Positions 57,697 through 64,000 of a stretch of DNA of 64,000 nt are shown here, piece after piece; within the stretch, counting starts at the first letter, position 1; every line of letters starts with the position of its first letter. Where the stretch lies: NCBI GenBank assembly GCA_045649105.1, contig JAZRPG010000017.1:28006-92005 (forward strand), in the 5' to 3' direction. The position numbers and the translations under genes are program-made. This DNA is from Eubacteriales bacterium (GTDB taxonomy: Bacteria > Bacillota > Clostridia > Oscillospirales > JAAYXM01). The notes beneath the pieces are model-generated. The model saw only the letters and a program-made list of their open reading frames with translations, was not told the DNA's origin and did not search any database.

Positions 57697-58536
57697 CTAT
57701 TCCGTAACGGAAAACGACTTGATAACAAGCACATGGTTTATGTGCTCAAGGTCTACTGCGGGCTCAATTACGGCATATTTTGATATTCCGTGCGTGTCGG
57801 TCTTTACCTCTGCAACCGTGCCGAGCGCAATCCCCTTCGGGAAAAGCCCGCCGACGCCGGAGGTCTCTATAACATCGCCCTTTATGATTTGAGTATCGCG
57901 CGGAAGATAGCTCAGGCGAAGCATTCCGCTCTTCATAAGCTCAAAATCGCCCTCGGCACTTGCCACATCGCGCGTGCGTGAGGCAATGGCGGATGCCTCC
58001 ATGGTCGTATCCGTAATTGCGACGACGGTTGCCCAGGTGGCGCCGACCTCGCCTATATATCCGACCATGCCGTCCTCCGTAATGACGCAGTTATCGGGCG
58101 CAATTCCCGATGATGAGCCCTTGTTTATGGTAAACGATGATGCCCAGTTGTCGCTGCTTTTTGCGACAATCTCGGCAGATTCAAAAACAAAAGACGAGTC
58201 GCGCTCACGCATGCCGAGTGCCGCGCGGAGCTGAACATTTTCCTTGCCCATGCTCTCGTTCTCGCGGAGAGCGTTTTTCAAAAGCGCAATTTCACTGCGG
58301 AGCTCGGCGTTTTCCTTTGTAAGCCTGTCGTTTTCCTCCATTCGGCTGCTCATATCGGAAAATTTGTCGGAAATGCCCGTAATCGCGCTCTGAATGGGAG
58401 ATGTGAGCATGTTGACAAGCGAGCCGATTGGCGACACGCGCCCGCCCGAAACTGCCGACATTATCCCCAAAACAAGGCAGAGAAGAACTGCCAGAAGGAT
58501 TATGACTATAGCTTTTTTAGAGAAGAAGCCGTCCAT
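57697..58536 (-). CDS. mreC: rod shape-determining protein MreC
   Basis: 279 aa with an N-terminal TM, a coiled coil (ENAELRSEIALLKNALRE) and a beta-barrel C-terminus (VITEDGMVGYIGEV, VIETSGVGGLFPKGIALG). Confidence 0.85.
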   Translation of the reverse strand: MDGFFSKKAIVIILLAVLLCLVLGIMSAVSGGRVSPIGSLVNMLTSPIQSAITGISDKFSDMSSRMEENDRLTKENAELRSEIALLKNALRENESMGKENVQLRAALGMRERDSSFVFESAEIVAKSSDNWASSFTINKGSSSGIAPDNCVITEDGMVGYIGEVGATWATVVAITDTTMEASAIASRTRDVASAEGDFELMKSGMLRLSYLPRDTQIIKGDVIETSGVGGLFPKGIALGTVAEVKTDTHGISKYAVIEPAVDLEHINHVLVIKSFSVTE

Positions 58537-58543
58537 ATAAAAA

Positions 58544-59110
58544 TCACTCCGAAAGAGAAGTCTGAAATTCTGAAAGCATTTTTAAAAGGAGCTTTACGGG
58601 AAGCCCCACGACATTGAAATAGTCGCCTGAAACGCGCTCTGCAAACCTGCCGCCGCGCCCCTGGATTCCGTATGCGCCTGCCTTGTCCATCGGCTCGCCC
58701 GAGCGCACATATTCTGAAATCTCACCGTCGGAAAGAGTGCGGAAACGGACGGAGGTAACGGCAAAGTCGCACATAAACTTATCGCCGCACACGAGAGAAA
58801 CGCCCGTGTATACCTTGTGCTCACGGCCTGAAAGGCGCCTGAGCATCTTTTTTGCATCCTCCGCGTCTGCAGGCATCCCGAGCAACTCCGAATCGACGGT
58901 GACAACCGTGTCTGCGCCTATTATGACGGAGTCGGGATAGGTTTTTATAAGACTTTGCGCCTTTTGCCGTGCAAGAGACATGACATAGTCCGAAAAAGCT
59001 TCGCCGCAGTACTCCGCCTCATCGCATGAGGGCGCCGTGGCGGTAAACTCGCGCTCAGTAAGCTTTAAAAGCTCACAGCGGCGCGGAGATTTTGACGCAA
59101 GAATAAGCAA
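58544..59110 (-). CDS. maf: Maf-family nucleoside triphosphate pyrophosphatase
   Basis: 188 aa, LILASKSPRRCELL...IGADTVV...KAGAYGIQG. TTG start after GGGGAGGG. Confidence 0.85.
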   Translation of the reverse strand: MLILASKSPRRCELLKLTEREFTATAPSCDEAEYCGEAFSDYVMSLARQKAQSLIKTYPDSVIIGADTVVTVDSELLGMPADAEDAKKMLRRLSGREHKVYTGVSLVCGDKFMCDFAVTSVRFRTLSDGEISEYVRSGEPMDKAGAYGIQGRGGRFAERVSGDYFNVVGLPVKLLLKMLSEFQTSLSE

Positions 59111-59112
59111 AG

Positions 59113-59562
59113 CTATGCCCTCCCCGTGCTGCCGAAGCCGCCGTTACCGCGGACAGAATCGGGTAGCTCGTCACAAATTTCGGGCGAAAGCCGTGACACG
59201 GGCATAACGACAAGCTGCGCCACCCGCTCTCCCGGTTCTATCGTATAGCTCGTTTTCGATTGATTTATGATTCCGACGCATATTTCGCCGCGATAGTCGC
59301 TGTCAATAACGCCGACGCCGTTTGCAAGCGCAAGGCCATGGCGGATTGAAAGGCCGCTTCTCGCAAAAATGAGCGCGACATGGGCGTTGTCGGGAAGAGC
59401 TATTGCAATCCCTGTAGGTATCAATTCAGTATCCCCCGGTGCCACGGTCAGAGGCGCGGGAATACTTGCGCGAAGGTCAATCCCCGCGCTGCCGCTCGTT
59501 GCCGCCTCGGGCACAACGGCAGAATCCGAGAGAAGCTTTATAAGAAGCTTTTGAGAATCCAT
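59113..59562 (-). CDS. dut: dUTP diphosphatase
   Basis: 149 aa, GSAGIDLRA...ARSGLSIRHGL...VGVIDSDYRGEI...RGNGGFGSTG. Confidence 0.9.
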   Translation of the reverse strand: MDSQKLLIKLLSDSAVVPEAATSGSAGIDLRASIPAPLTVAPGDTELIPTGIAIALPDNAHVALIFARSGLSIRHGLALANGVGVIDSDYRGEICVGIINQSKTSYTIEPGERVAQLVVMPVSRLSPEICDELPDSVRGNGGFGSTGRA

Positions 59563-59563
59563 T

Positions 59564-61660
59564 TTATTCTACCCCCCTGTAGTACAAACCGCGCGTATAC
59601 GAGCTCGGCTTATATTCGCCAAGCCCCGAGTATGCGTCCATAACGGAGACGGCCTCGCGCGCATTTTCCTTCGTGAAGGAAAGGCGGGAATAAGTAATGC
59701 CGAGATTTTTCCAATCGTTCTTCTTGTCGGCTAAAAACAGCTTCTGCGAGTTTAGAATCACATTCCTGTGCCCGAACTCGGGGATTAACGGGAAGGCTGC
59801 ACCCGTGCGGTCTGAAAGCGCGTGGTTGTTTTTGCAGACGCATGCGCCCGTTGTTGTGCGCACAACACAATTTTCCGTTATCATAAGGGGAAGGCGGCCG
59901 TATGCGAAAATCTCGGTGTCTATGACCTTTGATATGTCGCGCATCTGAGGAAAGGTAAGCTCGGGCGACAGAAGCGCGGAAACCGCGCCTGCGCGCCTTA
60001 CCTCGCGAAGCGCGTGTGAGTTGAATATATTTATGCCGAAATCGGCTCTGACGCGGAAACCGAGAGCTTCAGCAAGCGAGATATGCCCGATGTTTCCGAC
60101 AGAGGCAAACTCCGCGCCGCAGCCTCGCGCAATTTCGGCCATGCGCGAAATCTCCTCCTGCTCGCTGTCCTTGATTATCCTCGGGAACGAAACGCAGACG
60201 GAGACGCGCCCGCAGATACTGCGCAGGCGGGCCTCATCACTGACGGCCTCTGTAAGCGGGATATAAAGTATTGCAGGGTCGCGCTCAAGCATCGCATCGC
60301 TTATCTGCGACATTGAGAGGACGGAAACGGTGGTAACGGGCGGCTCCTTTCGGTTTATGAGCTTAAACCCGACGTTGAATTTCCCTTCAGGACGCGCAAG
60401 CTCCTGTGTATAAGCCGCCTCAAGCCCGTCGAGACATTCGCGGCGGAGAGCGTTAAGTGCGCTTTTCGGAAGCGAAAGATTTTCGCCGAGGATTATTTTT
60501 ACAGAGTCTGCGCCAAAGCGCGTGCCCCCTGTTTTGGATATCTGCTCGTGCACCGTCTCCTCCGTGAGCGGGCGGTTTATCGCGCGCTCAGGCACGGGAC
60601 CCTTTGCAATAAAGCGGTTGCCGCACTCGTCCTCTGCAGCAAGGAGAGACGGTCGCCCCTCCTGTATCACGCAGTAGAAATTGACGCCTTTTACGGGTAT
60701 CGGGACATTGGCGTATGTCTCGCGCGCGCTTGCAAAAAGCGCCTCAGGCGCATCCGTACCTTTTCCACGCACGCCGAACATCGAAGCGCCGATATTCCCC
60801 GTGAAATATCCGTCGGTAAACCCGTCACGCGAGAAGGCCTGCGAAAGCGCGTCACGCTCAGAGGGCGTGGGTGCGCGCCTTTCGCGCAGAAGCTTTGAGT
60901 ATATACCCGTAACGATTGCGACATATTCAGGGCGCTTCATCCGCCCTTCTATTTTAAGAGACGCAACGCCCATGTCCGAAAGCTCGTTTAGGTAATCGGC
61001 AAGGCACAGGTCCTTAAGGCTTAGCGGATATGTACCGTGCATACTCTCATCGAGCGTATAAGGCAGACGGCAAGGCTGTGCACAAAGTCCGCGGTTTCCG
61101 CTTCGGCTGCCGATGACGGCAGACATCTCGCATTGACCCGAATAGCACATACACAGCGCGCCGTGGACAAATATTTCTATTTCAATCGGGGAGTTTTTGC
61201 AAATGTATGCTATCTCCGCGCCGTTGAGCTCACGGGAGAGGACAACGCGCGAAAATCCGCAGGAGTGCAGATGCATAACACCGCCGAGGTCGTGCACCGT
61301 CATCTGGGTAGACGCGTGAAGCGGAAGCTCGGGCGCAACCTCGCGCACAAGGCGCGCAACACCAAGATCCGCAACTATCACGGCGTCAACGCCTGCGCGG
61401 TTTATCGTGCGGCAGATGCGCTCAACCTCATTAAGCTCACGGTCAGTAACAAGGGTGTTGAGCGTGACATAGACCTTAACGCCGCGCTTGTGGCAGAAGT
61501 CGCATGCATCAAAAAGCTCCTGCTCTGTGAAATTTTTAGCCATACGCCGCGCGTTGAAATCACCGAAACCGAGATAGACCGCACCTGCACCGTTTGCAAC
61601 GGCTGCGCGTACGGCCTCGGGTGACCCTGCGGGGGCTAAAAGCTCTGCAATCTTAGACAT
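59564..61660 (-). CDS. peptidase U32 family protein (long form with C-terminal extension)
   Basis: 698 aa, ELLAPAGSPEAVRAAVANGAGAVYLG...KVYVTLNTL...EIFVHGALCMCYSGQCEMS (the U32 signature region). Confidence 0.85.
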   Translation of the reverse strand: MSKIAELLAPAGSPEAVRAAVANGAGAVYLGFGDFNARRMAKNFTEQELFDACDFCHKRGVKVYVTLNTLVTDRELNEVERICRTINRAGVDAVIVADLGVARLVREVAPELPLHASTQMTVHDLGGVMHLHSCGFSRVVLSRELNGAEIAYICKNSPIEIEIFVHGALCMCYSGQCEMSAVIGSRSGNRGLCAQPCRLPYTLDESMHGTYPLSLKDLCLADYLNELSDMGVASLKIEGRMKRPEYVAIVTGIYSKLLRERRAPTPSERDALSQAFSRDGFTDGYFTGNIGASMFGVRGKGTDAPEALFASARETYANVPIPVKGVNFYCVIQEGRPSLLAAEDECGNRFIAKGPVPERAINRPLTEETVHEQISKTGGTRFGADSVKIILGENLSLPKSALNALRRECLDGLEAAYTQELARPEGKFNVGFKLINRKEPPVTTVSVLSMSQISDAMLERDPAILYIPLTEAVSDEARLRSICGRVSVCVSFPRIIKDSEQEEISRMAEIARGCGAEFASVGNIGHISLAEALGFRVRADFGINIFNSHALREVRRAGAVSALLSPELTFPQMRDISKVIDTEIFAYGRLPLMITENCVVRTTTGACVCKNNHALSDRTGAAFPLIPEFGHRNVILNSQKLFLADKKNDWKNLGITYSRLSFTKENAREAVSVMDAYSGLGEYKPSSYTRGLYYRGVE

Positions 61661-61663
61661 TTT

Positions 61664-61975
61664 TTATTTTGAGCTGAGGCGAAGAATTTCGCGTTTTAAG
61701 TCCGCAATCTCGGATTTCATGCGGCTTGCATCTTCAAAATAATCCTTGAGCTGAGTGCGGAGGTTTTCGGCGGTTTCAAGGCCCTTGTAGTATTCGTCGG
61801 TAACATTGACGGCACTTAAAATTGCCGCCTCAATCAGAGAAACTCCGCCTGATTTTAAAACTTCGTTTATTTTTGCATCGACATGCGCTGCGCAGCGGCG
61901 CGCATAATCTTCGCCATCTCCGCCGAGAAGACGGAACTCCAGACCTGCGATGTTGACGGAAATAACATTCTTCAT
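61664..61975 (-). CDS. zapA: cell division protein ZapA
   Basis: MKNVISVNIAGLEFRLLGGDGEDYARRCAAHVDAKINEV... ATG 61975 follows GGAGGAA. The track start 62029 is an extension. Confidence 0.75.
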   Translation of the reverse strand: MKNVISVNIAGLEFRLLGGDGEDYARRCAAHVDAKINEVLKSGGVSLIEAAILSAVNVTDEYYKGLETAENLRTQLKDYFEDASRMKSEIADLKREILRLSSK

Positions 61976-62175
61976 AATAAATTCCTCCACTTTCCACAAT
62001 ATATATGTAATAATTATACCATAACACAAAGATAAATTAAACAGGTATTTGATGAATTTAATAAATTTTCATTACCTGCGCGCGTAATCGCTTGACATAT
62101 CCTTTTGTGTATATTAAAATAAGGCGTACGGTTAGAAATTTGCATCATGGTTTACGGATACAAATAAATATTTAT

Positions 62176-62250
62176 GCCCCCATAGTTAAGTGGATATAAC
62201 AAGCCCCTCCTAAGGGCTAGTCGTGCGTTCGACTCGCGCTGGGGGTGCCA
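62176..62250 (+). tRNA. tRNA-Arg (anticodon CCT), encoded CCA
   Basis: GCCCCCATAGTTAAGTGGATATAACAAGCCCCTCCTAAGGGCTAGTCGTGCGTTCGACTCGCGCTGGGGGTGCCA. The anticodon stem is AGCCC/GGGCT with loop CTCCTAA. Confidence 0.85.
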
Positions 62251-62287
62251 GACAGCGCATAAAGACCGAGCGTTTTAATTTATGCGG

Positions 62288-62325
62288 AAAAAGCAGTTTG
62301 AAAATTTTTTTCAAACTGCTTTTTG
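62288..62325. terminator. bidirectional rho-independent terminator
   Basis: AAAAAGCAGTTTGA-loop-TCAAACTGCTTTTT. Confidence 0.8.
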
Positions 62326-62367
62326 TATTGGAGATATTTGTTATCCGTCCCCGAAAGAGCCGTACGC

Positions 62368-63540
62368 TCAGCTCATGTAATAGAGGATATTTCCCGTTTT
62401 GTCGAGGCTGTACATGGCGAGGAATGAGCGCTCGAGGTGGAACGGGCCGGATGTGTGCGGCGTAAGCGTCTTGCGCTCGCACGCCTTTCCGTCATTTATA
62501 TCAATGGTAGAATGCCATCTTCTCAGTTTTTCATCGACGAAGTATTCAAAAGAGGCCTTTTCGTACTTGCGCGCAAGCTTTAGATACCTTTCGTCGCCGA
62601 AGATGCTGTGTGCGATGCGGAATGCGCAAATGCCCTCCCATTGCGCCCAGTCGTCATATTTGCGCGGCTCTGTAAGCTCCTCTTCAAGAGAGCGCGCAAG
62701 GCTTGTAACCGTCGGCAGAAGCGCAAATTTCTCGTCAAAGCCCTCGGGAAGTGCGAAGTCGACGAGCTTTTTGCCGAGCTCGCGGATGGAATCATCGTTT
62801 TTAACCTCGCCCTCGCGAAGGACAAACCATGCCAACTCATATGTCTGCGCAGGGCATGTAAGATATTTCATGTCCGACTCAAACTCGGGAGTATTGATAG
62901 GCGCAACATCATGGACCTGCTTTCTTTTCTCGTCTATAAAGCCGCTTGTGCGGATCTCCTCAATGACCAGTGCGGCGGCCTCGTCAAACTTTTCGGTATC
63001 GCGGCCGACATTGCGCATAAACTGTGCGGCGGGAAGCATGCACATCTGGAGTCCGAGAAGCTTACAGGGCTCTTTTGCGCCCGGGCTCTGCGTTATGCTT
63101 CTGTGTGCTTTATAGTAGTCATAGGAAAGGTCAAAAAAGAGGTTTGCAAGCTCCCACACCTCTTCCCTCTTGCAAATTCGGTAGTATTGCGCGCAGCCCA
63201 TTGCGGCGTACATCTCGCTGTAGTAATTGCTCCCCTGCGATGATATCGGCTCTCCCTCGCGCGTGACGGAGAGAGGAAGCCGCCCGTCGGGCGGCGTGAT
63301 TTTCCTGAGAAACCGGTATATACTCTCGCACATATCGAGAAACTCGGCTTTTTCCTCTACAAGGCGCCATGCCATTGAATATGTCCACAGCTCGCGGCCT
63401 AAAAACCATGTGTGCTTATTTGTGTTTGCAACCTTTCCGTTTTCGTCAAACGAAGTGTACACTCCGCCGCACTCCGCGTCCTTTGATATTTCGAGCCAAT
63501 ACGGTAAAATTTTGTCAACAAGATACTTGCCGTAATCCAT
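62368..63540 (-). CDS. AGE-superfamily (N-acylglucosamine 2-epimerase-like) isomerase/epimerase
   Basis: 390 aa, ILPYWLEISKDAECGGVYTSFDENGKV...KHTWFLGRELWTYSMA. The repeats are of the alpha/alpha-toroid type. Confidence 0.65.
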   Translation of the reverse strand: MDYGKYLVDKILPYWLEISKDAECGGVYTSFDENGKVANTNKHTWFLGRELWTYSMAWRLVEEKAEFLDMCESIYRFLRKITPPDGRLPLSVTREGEPISSQGSNYYSEMYAAMGCAQYYRICKREEVWELANLFFDLSYDYYKAHRSITQSPGAKEPCKLLGLQMCMLPAAQFMRNVGRDTEKFDEAAALVIEEIRTSGFIDEKRKQVHDVAPINTPEFESDMKYLTCPAQTYELAWFVLREGEVKNDDSIRELGKKLVDFALPEGFDEKFALLPTVTSLARSLEEELTEPRKYDDWAQWEGICAFRIAHSIFGDERYLKLARKYEKASFEYFVDEKLRRWHSTIDINDGKACERKTLTPHTSGPFHLERSFLAMYSLDKTGNILYYMS

Positions 63541-63672
63541 CGTAATCCCTCTGTTTCCTGTAAGTTTTGTTTAAAGCTTTTAAACTTCGATACATACATG
63601 TCTGCATTTTAGCATATTGCGCAGTTCTGTGCAAGATAAAAAACCGAGGAAATATTCCTCGGTTTTGCTCTG

Positions 63673-64000
63673 TTATTTCATGGCGCCGCTTGAGTTGAGC
63701 ATTGATGCGCTGTACAGGAAAAGAACATCCGCGCCGTCAAAATCCGTCACAAATTCGCCGACCATACTGCTCGGGATATATCGGATGTCGATGGCGGTTA
63801 TTTTTTCGTAGCTTCCGCAAAGAAGAGGTATAAGACTGCTTGCAAACGAGTCGCGGAAAATGACGAGGTGTCCGCCGCCTCGGTTATTCGGATTCTCGAC
63901 CGTGATAAGTGCGGAGCTTCCCGAAAGGAACATCTCGTACGGGTCGGCAGAGGTTTGCTTTGAGATGTCGTACATAGAGGCATCTTCCGCGCTTCCCGAG
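63673..64000 (-). CDS. DHHW-family (SGNH/AlgX-like) protein, C-terminal part; continues off window end
   Basis: The frame is open to position 64000 upstream of the listed Met. The C-terminus HLVIFRDSFASSLIPLL...ITAIDIRY resembles DHHW proteins. Confidence 0.5.
   Translation of the reverse strand, partial: SGSAEDASMYDISKQTSADPYEMFLSGSSALITVENPNNRGGGHLVIFRDSFASSLIPLLCGSYEKITAIDIRYIPSSMVGEFVTDFDGADVLFLYSASMLNSSGAMK

Overview
GC-rich Firmicutes (Clostridia-like, spore-forming) chromosome segment centred on the replication origin. The backbone is dnaA-dnaN-recF-remB-like-gyrB-gyrA on the minus strand and rpmH-rnpA-yidD-yidC-jag on the plus strand. A DnaA-box, TAG-trio and AT-rich oriC lies in the dnaA-dnaN spacer (about 40.5-40.8 kb). 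Left of the origin, mostly minus strand: a GerA-family germinant receptor operon, an xpt plus BMP-type nucleoside ABC transporter plus transaldolase-like operon, tRNA-Leu, an APC permease, glyQS, a 1033-aa SLH (S-layer type) protein, mglBAC, thrS with a T-box leader, a LysM/G5/M23 peptidase, CotF-like genes, a polar amino-acid ABC transporter, DUF1846, nifS/nifU and rnhA. Right of the origin: mntP, serS, soj/spo0J with two parS palindromes, tRNA-Thr/Tyr, a second ParB paralogue, mgsA, a MinD-like ATPase, PBP2, mreD, mreC, maf, dut, a U32 peptidase, zapA and tRNA-Arg. Nearly all of these right-hand genes are head-on to the inferred fork direction. The most unusual element is a 2.1-kb strongly AT-rich island (44989-47100) that exactly fills the jag/mntP convergent gap. 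It is bounded by 40-nt imperfect inverted repeats and carries an HUH/Y1 (RAYT/IS200-like) transposase homologue, an XRE regulator and an orphan 333-aa tail-anchored protein of unknown function. It also coincides with a synteny break, since mnmE/mnmG/rsmG are missing and parAB are inverted. Several sub-60-aa genes missing from the ORF track were recovered by hand: rpmH, a 49-aa ribbon-helix-helix protein, and the partial GerAB. No CRISPR array or rRNA was seen.
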